Shown piece by piece: positions 27,201-39,780 of a stretch of DNA of 63,727 bases. Origin of the DNA: Podarcis tiliguerta. Lineage: Eukaryota. A program made the translations under genes and the position numbers. Positions within the stretch are counted from its first letter, which is position 1. Each line of letters starts with the position of its first letter. The notes beneath the pieces are model-generated. The model made no database searches and was not told the origin of the DNA. It saw nothing but the letters and a program-made list of their open reading frames with translations. The DNA lies in assembly GCA_965153285.1 (NCBI GenBank), contig OZ229110.1, one strand, 5' to 3'.

Positions 27201-28658
27201 AAGAACACAAGAGGAGGCCCAAGGCATCCTGCTTTCAGCATCCTGTTTTCACAGTGCTCAACCAGTTGCGCATGGGAAGCCCTTGAGCAGGACATGAGTG
27301 CCTCAGCACTCTCCCTTCAAACTGGTATTTAGAGCCATACTGCTTCCACTGCTGAAGGAAGTACACAGCCATCATGGTTGGTAGTGGTAGTCTTCGATAG
27401 CCTCAACTACCATAAATTAATTTCAAAACCATCTAAATCTATTTTAAAACCAAGTTTGTCACCATTGCTACATCATGTGCAGTGGTGGACCTTGGGGTCT
27501 CCAATTTCAATGGCACCCTGTGCGATGCAACCTATCTCTCCCCCCTATCACCTTCCGTTCTACATCACAGTCACTGTGCCCCTGAGGCTCTGTCCACAGT
27601 GCGACTAAACTGGTCGCTCTCCCCTAAACCCACCTCTGCCATGTGGTAATGAATTCCATAGTTTAATTATGACTAAATGATGAAGTACAGTACTTCCTTT
27701 GTCTGACCTGAATATTTCAACATTCAATTTCATGGGATGGTTTTGGGTTCTACTATTATGAGAGCAGGAGAAAGACATCTCTTTATCCACCATACATAAT
27801 CCTTTATTTATTTTTAAGCCATTAAAAATCCAATGTTGCAACCTTTCTTCATAACAGAGTTGTTCCTTTTTTATTACCCTTTTCTGAAACATATTCCGCT
27901 CTAAAATGCCCATTCTGAGGTGCAGTGACCAGAACTGAACACAGTATTCCAAGCACAGTAGCACCACAGATTTGTATAAATACATAATGATACTGGCAGC
28001 TTTATTTTGAAACCCTTTCTTAATAACCCCCAATATGAAATTCACATTTTTCACGATCGCCACATACTGGGTTCGCATTCACATTGAGATTTCTCTGCTA
28101 TTTCAGGTGCCACTTATCCATACAGTTTGGGGAGCGCCTTTCCCTTTTTGTTCTTACCCACCCCGAACAATTTAGTATTATCAGCAAACAAAAGACTCCT
28201 CGTCCCTAATTCCATGCCACGTATGACCAAGATAAAAAAGCAACAGTCCTAGTATTGATGCTTGAGAGATCTCACTTCCTACACCCTCCATTGTGAGCAC
28301 TGCTCATTTCTTCTGACTCCAAGTTTCCTGTTCTTTAATGAGTTACTGATTCATAAGAGGACCTGGCTTCTTATCCCATGACTTCTATGCTTACTAAGAA
28401 ATCTTTAGTGAGGGACTTTACCAAAGGCTATTTGAAAGTCTATGTAGACAGTGTCTACTAGGTGACTCCTACCCATATGGTTATGAACGCTCTCAAAAAA
28501 TGCTAAATGGTCAGTTTAGTCAGGTCTTACCCTTTAAAAACCATGCTGGTTCTTCTTCATCAAGACCTGTTCTTCTTCTATACACTTGGCAATTCTATCC
28601 TTGATCATGTTTTCCACAAGTTTTCCCAGAACAGATGTTAACCTAACTGGCTTGCAGT
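27201..28658 (-). mobile_element. CR1 LINE, 5'-truncated and decayed (ORF2 RT to C-terminus plus 3' UTR)
   Basis: Minus-strand peptides KPVRLTSVLGKLVENMIKDRI..NQHGF, NFILGVIKKG..YLYKSVVLLCLEYCVQFWS, YEERL, SRTQNHPMKL and KLWNSLP. The CR1 terminus AAGAACACAAGA is at 27201. Stops and frameshifts are present. Confidence 0.92.
27480..27638. mobile_element. hAT-like MITE inserted in the CR1
   Basis: Degenerate TIRs CAGTGGTGGACCTTGGGG / CCCCTAAACCCACCTCTG, with duplicated flank TCATGTG / CCATGTG. It interrupts CR1 right after the LWNSLP codons. Confidence 0.65.
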
Positions 28659-30266
28659 GACACCATTCCCTGTCCACCTTAAGAAGTTTGCATCCAGAGA
28701 TAGTCATGCAGGCAGATAGTTTTACATGTGATCTTAGACGCAATATAGTGAATAGCACCTCAAAGCCTACCTGTATTCCTGTTATTGTTGTTTATTGAGT
28801 TAATTGCTTTGAAGCTTGGGATTGGTTGGTTTTAAAAAGTGAGAGGAGCATAGTCTGTCTGGCCTCCTTGCCTTGCTGCTGAATTTGCTTGTTACCTTGT
28901 ATCTACAAATATTATAAGGTGGGAGCATCCAGAAAGTCAGTCCTTTCATATGATTTGCTACTGATAGTTACATGAATGGGCAGTGGCGACTATTTGGGGC
29001 TCTACTTCCTGTTTTTATTCCCTACACGAAAGCTTGGACCACACTGAAGAAGAGCAAACCTTCCCACGATTGGTTTGTACCGAAACTTCACAATGTCCCT
29101 TCTCCCAAATACTGTCCTAATATCCCTCCTTCATTATTAGACTTTTACATTTGCCTTTCAAAAGGAAGGAATGACTTAGTGCATACAACAAAGAGTTTGG
29201 GGTGAAGAGAGACAGAACTATTTGTACCCTAAAATGCAAATCTGACATGTAGGGAAGTGATATCGAAATCAGTGAGATTTAAGGTTGCTTCTTATATTCC
29301 TTTTTTTCAGGTGTACACAGACTAGAATACAAGAAGGGCTATATTGGTCTGTCTTTCAGAAAAGAGGCATGCTTCAAAGCTCTTAGCTGGGCAAAGATGC
29401 ATGCATATTCCTTTAAGGTGAGATATGGATGTTAAGACACATGCACACTAAGACATATTTAGGAAAATAACATCAGAAACAGTTTTTGTTTCCAATAACC
29501 CAGTCTCTTCACAATTACAGTTTTGAAGTAGAAAGAGTTCATTTTATCCATGGGGTTAGTACCGCCCATGCCTGGCCATAGGTTTATATTTTTTTTTAAG
29601 TCCACATGAGATGGACTTTTACTTTTGGTTATCGTCTGTTCATCTGCTTTTGCACCTGCCCATTAATATCCATGAGAGCATTCACAATCTTGAGTTATTA
29701 ATCCAAGAATCAACATCAAAACAGATTGGTATGACCACTCTCTATATAATAATGGGCAGGAGTAAGCAGCACCAATAGATTTGTGTTTTTCTCCCCACCC
29801 TTGTCCCATGGCTGATGGCAAACCACTTTTGAAACTGAACAGAGAGCTGGGTGCAAGGCAAGGTGGGAGAAAGCATTTGACTTACACCACCACTGAGTGG
29901 CCGTCAAGGTTGGAGGAAGTCCCATTGTCCTTACTAGAAGGCTTGGCAGAACATTTCTGGCCATTCACAAGCTGTGCTTTCAAGAGTGTTGGTAGACCAC
30001 AGTGCTAGTGGAGCTACTCCCAACCTCACCTGCCACCATTTATCCAGGTTGATCCTCAATCAGTATTTTTCTTACAACAGATGGTTGCTCATGTCATGTA
30101 TTTTGTGATTCTTTTTTGTGACCATATGTTTGTAAGATAAACATAGGTCTTTAAAATAAATAAATAAATAAATGGGCCAACATAAGCTCCTTGCCCTGGG
30201 GGTTTGCATCCGTTTGGATGTTGGTCATCATGGACAGAGGGAACAGAGGTTGGGGGAGAATCCACA

Positions 30267-30354
30267 GGCTGCAATTCTGTGCAGACTTACTTGGCAACAC
30301 ATCCCATTGAAACTGGTGGAACTCACTTCTGAGAGCACATGCTTAGGTTCAGGG
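30267..30354. mobile_element. ~85-bp palindromic MITE-like repeat
   Basis: GGCTGCAATTCT..GACTTACTTGG..CCCATTGAA...CACTTCTGAG..CATGCTTAGG. Confidence 0.6.
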
Positions 30355-31117
30355 TATGTGTATAATGCTCTTATCATGTGGTTATGTGATTGAGAAAGCA
30401 GCACACACACACACACAGACAAAAATGTGCAGGCTTCTTTTAAAACTTGATACTGAGGCCTTCAAGTACAGATAAAATGAGATGAAGCTGCTATCTCACT
30501 TGCATGTTTCAACTGATAAATTAAAAAAACACACACACATTTCTTGTATAAAACCTAACATGCACAGGAGATAAATAAGTAGATCCTGTAGAGAAAAGTC
30601 AAGAAGTAATGCCCTGTGTATTTTAGTGCCATTGTGTAAGTAACGATGCTTCAGTTTTCTTTATCCCAAACAAGCCTTTTCCTTCTTCTTTGTCTTGAGC
30701 AACATTCTCCCAATTTAACTTCCAAGATTCTATGGGGAGGTGAAATTCAGCTTTGTGGAAAACAGTCTCGAAGCCAAAAGATCCTTCTGACAATAATGAT
30801 CCCTCCTTAAATGAGCCGGTTTTATTTCTCAGCTGGGGGAGAGAGAAAGGAAAGCCTTTACAACTGTGGTCACCTGGGTTGTAAAATAAAGAAAATAAAG
30901 TCATCTTCAGCTTGGAAACTGGACAAATATTTTTATATCGTTATGCCAAGCATTCCTCCTGCTCTTTTTTTAAAAAAACCATGTTTTTCTTGTTGGCATA
31001 CTTGCCAGTTCGGTTGTAAATGTATTTTAGAATAGATGTCTTTGAACATTACAGTGCCACCACTTTCTCCTCTCCTGAAGTTGACTCAATATTTCAGTTT
31101 AAACGATTTACAGGAAA

Positions 31118-31208
31118 GCCTGCAGTCCTACAAATGCTTACATGGGAGTAAAATCTCACCGAAAACAGTAAATTTCGCTGCTGAGTAAACTTGCACAAGA
31201 TTAAGTTG
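31118..31208. mobile_element. ~85-bp palindromic MITE-like repeat
   Basis: GCCTGCAGTCCTA..CTTACATGGGAGTAAA...CTGAGTAAACTTGCACAAGATT. Confidence 0.55.
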
Positions 31209-31578
31209 TATGACTGCCATCCCATGAACATGCAGGGGAGGGTCAAAGGCACCTTTGAACCCAGTAGGAACCCAGGAGGATCTACATCTGAGAACGTAGG
31301 CATAGGATCAAGCTGCACATCAGCTGAAGCCAAACTCAGTTTACCTGAACTGTTAAATCAGGTTGCTGAGTTTCAGCCCACATCCTCAATAGTTTCAAAT
31401 TAATTCAAAAAGCCTCAGTGGAACTTCAGCGGAATAATTTTGGAGTCAGTGATTTGTAGCCTTTGTGATTAAGCAAATTCTCAGCTAGAAGGATTAGATT
31501 TCAGGCAGACACAAGAAGAAAGCATGTTAACTATCTGTAACATATAAAGAAACCTATCAGGAGTTGCTTCAGAGCTAA

Positions 31579-31597
31579 TGCACACATACACACACAC

Positions 31598-31631
<34 letters not shown>

Positions 31632-31632
31632 A
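31579..31632. repeat. Head-to-head (CA)n / (TG)n microsatellite
   Basis: TGCACACATACACACACAC-TT-(GT)n-GCA; the two halves are reverse complements. Confidence 0.9.
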
Positions 31633-34600
31633 CGTGTGTATTTTACTTCCAGAAAATGCCAGTCAAGATTTTATGGACAAATGTTTGTCTGTGAAACCTG
31701 AGGATGTTTATAGCATGTACGTAATAGGTTCAGGCCTCTGTGAGGGAGACCATGAACTAAGGCTTCCTGCTGAGAAGAACATAAGTTTTAGGGGGGGAAA
31801 GAGAAAAACTAGGAGTCTTGTTTCTTCCAAAGATTTCCTCCTACCCCTCCCTTCCCAAAGCCAGTTGTCACTAGCTAATGCCCAATAATTCTGTAGAACT
31901 TGAGAAGAGTAATAAATATGCAGGGCTGTGTTTTGTGTACTTTAAAATTATCCTTTAATTTTTGTAAACAGTACAACTGGAACATTTGCAAATTGTTATT
32001 ACCAGCACCACCATACCTTGCCCCGGGGCAATCATTTCAAAGCACCGCATCACACACTATCAAAATAAATTTGTGAAAGAAGGAGTAAACAATTGAAACT
32101 CGGCCCGGTAGCCAATTTGTACTATTGCTTGGCACAAATGCAGTTCCACAGGTTCCATTTCACTTACTTCAAATTTTAACCCCAATTCAAATAATGTGAG
32201 TTTTGTTTTGGTACCTTTGGTTCACGTGAGATTCCAACTCCCCACTCCCAACCCCCACAAATAATATTGTGGCAAGTTGTAACCCAAGCCATGGAGCAGC
32301 ACTGGATACTAATAGGTCAACATCCTCATCAAACATACAGTACTAGCATTTTCATCAATGAATTGGCGGAGATAGCGAGCAGCTTCCTCCCCCCCCCCCC
32401 GCCATGTTCCATTCACTGTGTTTCTGAGTAAGGTGTGCAGGATTCAGCCCATTAGCTTTTATTTTCTGTGAAGAGCAACCAAAGCCTTACAGAGAGAGAG
32501 AGTCAGTCAATTTATGGCCAATAAACATAAAAGCCGAGACGGTATCAATGAAACATTCTTCTCTAAACCAGAGGTCACTAATTCTCCACTTATTCCATTT
32601 TGTGGTTTCAGAAAGTTTAATTTCAGGGTGAGGATGTGGGCTCTGGCTGTTGGTAAAAAGTTTTCTCTGGCATGGCGGGGGGGGGGAGGGTTAAGCACAT
32701 ATAAATTTAAATGGGTGGAATCAGCCCCGGTGAATTAATTTGAGGACAAATAAGAGTATGTTTCCTTCTCTTCCCCCCCCCCCTACCCCCAGTAGTACAC
32801 CAGCTGTCATTTTTTGATGAGGAGTGTGTGTGGATTGGGGAGGGGACCGGGATTTATTTTTGAAACATAACTTCGTGCCTGATTCATTGCGGTTAGTGTC
32901 ACCAAACTACAGGCGAACGCGAGTTAGTGTGGCCATTAACATTCTTAAATTCTAGAACCTGTCAGGAGGCAGATAAGGTAGGGCAGGATCTGCACACCTC
33001 CCCAACCTCAATACTTGGGATGTTTGCAATATGTTTCTATTTTCGTCACACCTATGTGTGGCTATCCATCTGGTCTTAATCAATCAGTATCATCCCAGAG
33101 CTTTGCTGTTCTCCCCAGCTGAAATAATACACTCCTTTCCATCGCAGGCTTCTGCCTGAAGGAGGGTCACTTCTCATGATTCCCCAGCCAAGGCACATTA
33201 ACAAGGCTTACATATTTGTAAACATAGGTAAACCCAGGAGGGGAAGATGGGATGGAACATTTTGAAAGATGAATATTTTATGAATAAACCACTGTGATGT
33301 TTATTTAGCGATATTACATAGCAAAACTTGATGAAGTACCGGAGGTAAATTTGTTTTAGCGAAAGGGGAAGGGAGGGTAGCCTCAGACGTGCGGAGACAA
33401 AGATAAGTGATGCAGGAATGAATGATCTGATGTGCCACCCCTATTTAAGCCAAGGAAGCTTGTTTATAAAATATGTCCCTCCAAGTGCAGGGAAAGTGGG
33501 TGGCGAATCCTGTAAACTGTGCCATTTATTTATTTAGATTGCACATCAGGAGATAAAACAAATGAAAATTCCAACTTGTTAATAATTTACATTTAAGTGG
33601 AAAATTCTTCCATGCTGTTAAGATACCTCCAAGACCTGACACTGTAAAGGCAAATAATTTACATTCTTTGTGCACAGACAACTCGGCTCATTTTCAAAAG
33701 GAAAAAAAAAAAGTAGAGTGGGGATAAAAATGTGTGTTCAAGATACATTTGCTGTTTTCATCCTTCTGCGTTTGCTGTTTCACCACCCACCCCCCCGAAA
33801 TAGATGCGAACTTCTTTTTTGAACTTCGCCTCACCGTTCATCAGGTGTTCCTTGCAGACAATCCGCACAACCTAGGAGGTTTGCAATGTGAGAAGGAAGC
33901 TTTTCTTTTCAACACTATTACTTCCCACACCAACAGCTTATGCAAAGAAAGTTTTTTTCCCCTCTCTGGGGTGGGGGAAGAAGCCTGAATAAAAAATAAA
34001 TAAATAAGAGGAGTGTGCATAACAATAAATACCTCTGTTCTGGGGCTTTTGTTCTTTTTTTTTTATGTCAGGGGACTTTTTAGCTGCGCTGCCTGGGTTA
34101 CTGCTCTGGAAGGTTGGGAGATCTCTTGTTGAAGGAGGTTTGTGATTGAAGGCCCTCTGACACAACCTTTTGTTGGCCTGAGGTGTTTGATCCTCTTTTC
34201 CTTTTCTTCTTCTTCTTATTCTTTTTTTAAAAACCCAACCCATCCCTTTAAAAATGGATAACCAGCACTTCTTTTACTTATTGTCTGCTATTGGAGAGAG
34301 TTACTGGGGGGGGGGGGCTGTAGAAGTTTAACTAGTTAACCCTTTGCTTACTAATAGGTTTCAGACACATCACACTTAAAAACAAAACAAAAAAGTATGT
34401 GGAATATTTTCGTAGCTTTGCCAGGTATGCAAATCCTCTTTCCTGCAAAGTCATGTGCCCTGCATACCCCTGGACTTTAGGTTTCAACTGTGCTCTTGTA
34501 AAAAGGTTTGTTCCCACATCCCGCTGACCCTACGCTGAGATAATTTAGAAACCCAATACAAGTGCTGAAACCTGCATGTTAGAAATTGGCTATCCTAAAG

Positions 34601-34982
34601 CACATTGATCACTGATATTGTGCCTGCTGGCATGTTTCCTAAGCTTACCTTCCATTAAGACATGAAGGAATTCTCAGGAGCGCAAGCTGATCTGCAGCAG
34701 TTTCCTTGCACTGGAAAGGGGGACTCCAGCAACAATGGGAGTTACTTTTCAGAACTAAGTGTAAAAATCCGAAACTAAGAAAGAAGAGCATCTTAAAATA
34801 AAAAATACCAGTGTGTTTGCTTCCTAGGAGCTTTGTGAATCAAGGCTAGAATATCTCCACCCCCCAAAACCCACTGAAGAGACACAACCCAGGCTGTAGG
34901 CAAGGAAAGCAGCTTAAATGGATTATTTAACAAAAAGCAACTTATGGCTTCCAGATAGTGACCTACATTCGGCATACAAAGA

Positions 34983-35219
34983 NNNNNNNNNNNNNNNNNN
35001 NNNNNNNNNNNNNNNNNNNNNNNNNNNNNNNNNNNNNNNNNNNNNNNNNNNNNNNNNNNNNNNNNNNNNNNNNNNNNNNNNNNNNNNNNNNNNNNNNNNN
35101 NNNNNNNNNNNNNNNNNNNNNNNNNNNNNNNNNNNNNNNNNNNNNNNNNNNNNNNNNNNNNNNNNNNNNNNNNNNNNNNNNNNNNNNNNNNNNNNNNNNN
35201 NNNNNNNNNNNNNNNNNNN
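34983..35219. other. Assembly gap (237 N)
   Basis: N run. Confidence 0.95.
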
Positions 35220-36038
35220 AGGTGAACTGATAAAAAAAATAATTGTACTCAAGATTGGCTTTGATCATCTGCAGAGTTATGCTGGCTGGATCATTCTCAT
35301 GTGATTCCCTACCCCCCACTCCCCACCCCCAAAATCCTCCATATTTTCTATATTGGATTTGCAGTCACTAATTTTCTTAATATTTTTCATCTCTGAGCAT
35401 GGGTTTTAATCAATATCTGTTTTTTTTTAAATTCCTTTAAAACTTTCTGTGTATTTCATGGGAGGATCTGATAGATGAATGATTTTTAATCCACCATTTT
35501 AATGCAGAGAGATAAATGCTGCTTATTAGCTTTAATGAAAGCACTTATCCAACACAATTTTTAACCCTCCACTGTTAAAAAAGGTGTGTGCATCCCAATA
35601 TTGCATTATAGTTCCATACCCCACACAAATATGCGAAGACTAAAGGTATATATTTGGGCTTAGTTTTTTCATAATTTACTGATGCCTAGGGGCACGCTAA
35701 TAAAAATGGCAGAACATCTGAACTCTTTAGAAGCCAAATTCCCTATTAACTTCTATGAGACTGGAGGGCTCAGCACTTCAGAAGATTCAGTAGTTTTTGT
35801 CAAGCTAGATTACATCATTTTAGGAACTTGATTTGAAACACTCAACTTTGGGCAGGGGAAAGGGAAGAGATGTCATGGGGACACACTAAAGCAGATCCTT
35901 GCTTTCAGCTACCAGACGGCTTCATTAGTTTCTTTCCTTGCACTTTCAAATATTACCCAAGCAAACTATCTTATTTTATTTTAAAAAAGGCAAACGATGT
36001 GCTATGTTCTTTTTGTTTCTAACCCCCCCCCCCCAGAT

Positions 36039-36185
36039 CAGTGGCGTAGCGTGGGTTGTCAGCACCCGGGGCAAGGCAAGTAATTTGCACCCCCTAACCC
36101 GTGGATTTGCGCCCCCTAACCCTACCCCCCAGATGTTGCGCCCGGTGCGGCCGGCCCCCCTTGCACCCCCCACGCTACGCCACTG
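36039..36185. mobile_element. Young hAT MITE (147 bp)
   Basis: Perfect 17-bp TIRs CAGTGGCGTAGCGTGGG / CCCACGCTACGCCACTG and a perfect 8-bp TSD CCCCAGAT (36031-38, 36186-93). CpGs are retained. Confidence 0.93.
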
Positions 36186-37166
36186 CCCCAGATTTCTATT
36201 AATGTTGTCAGATGCCAGGGGTGGAACAGCAAAAAATCAAAGAACTTTTTGATATATATTTTTTTGAATGGCTAGAAAATGTTCATCTCTGTTGATTCTT
36301 CACGTGAAGCAGAAAGCTAAAAGAAGAAAGCAGATGACTAGCAGCTTTGCGTAGCTCTGGGAAAAGGGCGAACATACAGGTGAAAATGAAGGGTGGCATA
36401 TAGGCGAGGAAGAGTAAATAGAGTAGAAAAATTGTCAATATGTGCTATGAGTCAAAGGAGCTCATTTGATGGCTTTGTGGGTGAAGCATGTATTCCAAAA
36501 GCGGACTTTTACCTGCACTACTAAGCAGATATTTATATTCACAACTTCTTGTTAAATATGTAATGCTGACGGGCAGTGCCTGTCTAAATCACTGGGATTA
36601 AAACTGGCAATTGGACTGTAACAGTTCGCTTTCAATGTGCTCAGAGCAAAGTTTGCCAGTTGCCAACAATTACCCAAGCAAGTTTGACTTCTTTCGCTTA
36701 ATGCTCATATGTTCTGATATTTGAATATTATTTTGCACATCAAGCAAATCTACATTTGGCATAAAGCAAGATTTTGCTGTGCCTTGTCTCAGTCGTGTCA
36801 ACTGTCCCCATGCCTTTGTACTTGCTCAGTTGTTATGTTCAGAACCAGGTTCTCTTTGGAAAAGAAAAGCTTTACAATTTCGTTACGACAGATCTCTTTT
36901 CCATGAGCAATCAAAATTGCATGCCAACTCAGGTTAAAGATTTCGGTCCATAGAATGCAACACCTAGGAAGTCCTCCAATTATTTTAGATACTCACAGAA
37001 CTATTCCTCCTACTGGTGACACAGCAGCCTATCTGGGAGCTTGTCAATTGTTCTAGTACTAGATTAAGGAAATAGGCCTACAATCATATACATTGGTGAC
37101 TACCATTCCAGTATCATCTATTGAGCTGATGGGAGTCGAACATCTGGAGGGACCCATATTGGCAGC

Positions 37167-37240
37167 CACACTTACTTGGGCATAAGCCTCATTGAATTCA
37201 GTGTTATGTACATCTGAGTAGATGTGCATAAGATTGCGCT
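37167..37240. mobile_element. ~85-bp palindromic MITE-like repeat, partial; abuts a hAT-like fragment at ~37100-37166
   Basis: CACACTTACTTGGG..AAGCCTCATTGAATTCAGTG...CTGAGTAGATGTGCATAAGATTGC, preceded by GCTGATGGGAGT..AACATCTGGAGGG. Confidence 0.55.
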
Positions 37241-38236
37241 ATAAATGTGACATTCTCTCCCCACCCCCATCCACAGTCCTTCGTCATCTTCCTTGCCCTT
37301 CATCTAAAAGCTAGCTCAAATTATCCCTTTAGGGCCTTGGTTTTTTTGTCATTATGGGTTAATGGGTGGGGTGGTGAGATTCATGGCAAATAATGGCTCC
37401 ATTTCAGTACTGTACTTGTTTCCTCCAGTTCCTCAGAAGGGCCTTTGTTTAGAACGCATCGCATTCTTACTTGTACACTGTTTAATTTGAAGAAATTCTA
37501 ATGAGAGCTTCTCTGATCAGGAATCCGAACAAGAGATTTAATTTGCTCTGCAAATCTCTGTGCGTGTGTTCAGTCAAAATGTGCAAATTCAACCGAGGGT
37601 CCAAAAAAAAAAAAAAAAAGTCAAGTAGATTTGAAAATAAGACTTTTAAAAAAGGGTTGACTGATTTGACCCGAAGAGGAAGTGACGGTGCTGTGAACCT
37701 GAATTGCTGGGCAGAAGTTGACACGGATCACCTCAGCTTAGTCTCACCTCCATCACCTGGTTGTATGCTTGGAACAAATGCAGTTCATTCTGATAAAGGC
37801 ATGTTCCACAGAGCATAACTCAAAAGGGAGACACAGCCAGTCAGGATTCCTGAATGAGTATACGTGTGTGATTCACATATTTGCAAACATGTGTTTGCCA
37901 CATTCGCACTCTACATTTTCAGTTGCACACTTTAAGCATCTCTGAGGGAAAGTAATTAGTGTGGGAAGTAGCCCAATAAGACCTGACATAAAGAAACGCA
38001 ACAATGTTCCAGATCTTGAGCTATGTTGTCACAGACCTAATGCAAAGACTGTTTCTAGCTTCCAATGGGCTTTGGAGTCACACAGTCTCATCTCCAGGAG
38101 CCAGTACTCTTACAAGCTCACCTTTTCTGAGAGGCAATTTGATGTGGGAGAAGTTGGCCTGATTCATATAACTTTTTCTGACTGCTTTACTAAATGACAA
38201 TATGAGAGTCGGTGCCAGCACCAATAGCCTCTTTTA

Positions 38237-38498
38237 GGGCTTATCCACACTCCCTCTTGTTGCACTGCTTTCCCCTGGGGAAAATGCGCTTTAGTGCTCA
38301 ATCAGAGCAAACGGCAACTCGGGGTTCCGCCAGATTGACATTTGTTCCAATCTATCGCTGAAGAGTAGGTCTTGCCTTATAAAGGAGCGGGGCAAGGGGA
38401 AAACCACTCAGGCCCATGCTTAGAAAGTATGGGTCCAGCACAACATGGCTCTAACCATGCTTGCTAGGCATGGCACAAATGGGAGGATGGACAAGCCT
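38237..38498. mobile_element. PIF/Harbinger-like MITE
   Basis: TIRs GGGCTTATCCACA / GATGGACAAGCCT with TTA on both sides (38234-36, 38499-501). Confidence 0.55.
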
Positions 38499-38606
38499 TT
38501 AGGCTCAGTTGGTGTATGTCTTTGTATCCACTAGTATTAGTAGTGAATCTGTGTTTGAGTTACCACTTACTTCAAATTTAACAGATGCCACAGCGACCTT
38601 ATAGAG

Positions 38607-39255
38607 CAGGGGTTACCAAACTGTGGTCTGTGGACCACCAGTGGTCTGTGACCTTCATTCAGGTGGCCTGGGGGGTGTCTGCAAAGAGGGAGCAGAGGCT
38701 GGGAACGGTGGGTGCAGCGTGTTAAATATTCGTATTGATTTTTAATTGTGTTTTTATTGCTTCTTTCATTTCTCATATTGCGCCTTATTATTTATTGTTG
38801 CATTTTATGTTGGGATTCAAATGGCAACGCTATAAAATGCAATGTAAGAAATAAAAGAAGCAATAAAAACCAATTAAAAATAATACAGAATCTAGCACAC
38901 CACATTTCAACAGGCAGAAAAAAACAATAAGTGGTCCATCAAGACCAGGGGTCAGCAACCTTTTTCAGCCGTGTGCCGATCCACCGTTCCTCAGACCATG
39001 TGGTGGACTAGAATATATTTGGTGGGGGGGATGAACGAATTCCTATGCCCCACAAATAGCCCAGAGATGCATTTTAAATAAAAGCACACATTCTACTCAT
39101 GTAAAAACACACTGATTCCCAGACCGTCCATGGGCCGGATTGAGAAGTTGATTGGGTCGCATTCAGCCCCTGGGCCTTAGGTTGCCAACCCCTGATCAAG
39201 ACCATCAACCATTTTCAAGTGATCTGTAGCAGGGTGTGAAGTTCGGGGACCACTG
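38607..39255. mobile_element. hAT (Charlie-like) non-autonomous element, outer and older
   Basis: Ends CAGGGGTTACCAAACT / AGTTCGGGGACCACTG, with 8-bp TSD TTATAGAG / CTATAGAG. It has an internal AT-rich palindrome at ~38734-38888. Confidence 0.8.
38946..39194. mobile_element. hAT (Charlie-like) MITE nested in the previous element
   Basis: TIRs CAGGGGTCAGCAACC / GGTTGCCAACCCCTG and a perfect 8-bp TSD ATCAAGAC (38938-45, 39195-202). Confidence 0.9.
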
Positions 39256-39291
39256 CTATAGAGCACTCTTTTTGTTTGCATACCGCAAACA

Positions 39292-39780
39292 TTTTTATTG
39301 TTAGCTTTATTTCTATGCTATTCCTTTGTCCAAAGAGATCACAATAATGAATCCATAAGCTACAGCAAAAAAACTGTAAAATCAGAATCAAAACATTATG
39401 TACAATAAACAGCTTAATAATTCTGTAGTATTCTGATGTCTGACATGGCCCCCATTAATACTCAGACTGACCGAGTAAAAATGCCTCCAGCTTATGCTGA
39501 AAGATTGCCAATGAAGGGGATGACTGAACTGCCAAACGGAAGCAGTTCCACAGTCAGGGAGCCACTGCGGAGAAAGCCCTGTCCTAAGTAATTGCAAAAC
39601 ATACCTCTAGCAAAAGGTAGGACCCCAACAAGGCACAGGCCAGTACACATTGGAAAAAGCAGTCTTTCATGTATTTTGATCCTGAGCCTTTGTGTGCTTT
39701 AAATACTAGTTTCAAAGCATTAAATCCGGCCCTGTAATATATAGAAACCCAATGCAGTTTGGAACTATAAGCAACTGAGC
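39292..39780 (-). mobile_element. L2 LINE 3' fragment
   Basis: Minus-strand peptides LHWVSIYYRAGFNALKLVFKAHKGSGSKYMKD and RAFSAVAP*LWN, matching the L2 ORF2 C-terminal motifs LHWLP..FKALHG..YL and RAFS..AP.LWN.LP. Confidence 0.8.

Noticed and set aside
27605-28078. 157-aa ORF as a host gene
   Set aside because: Decayed CR1 ORF2 with deletions, reading into an inserted MITE.
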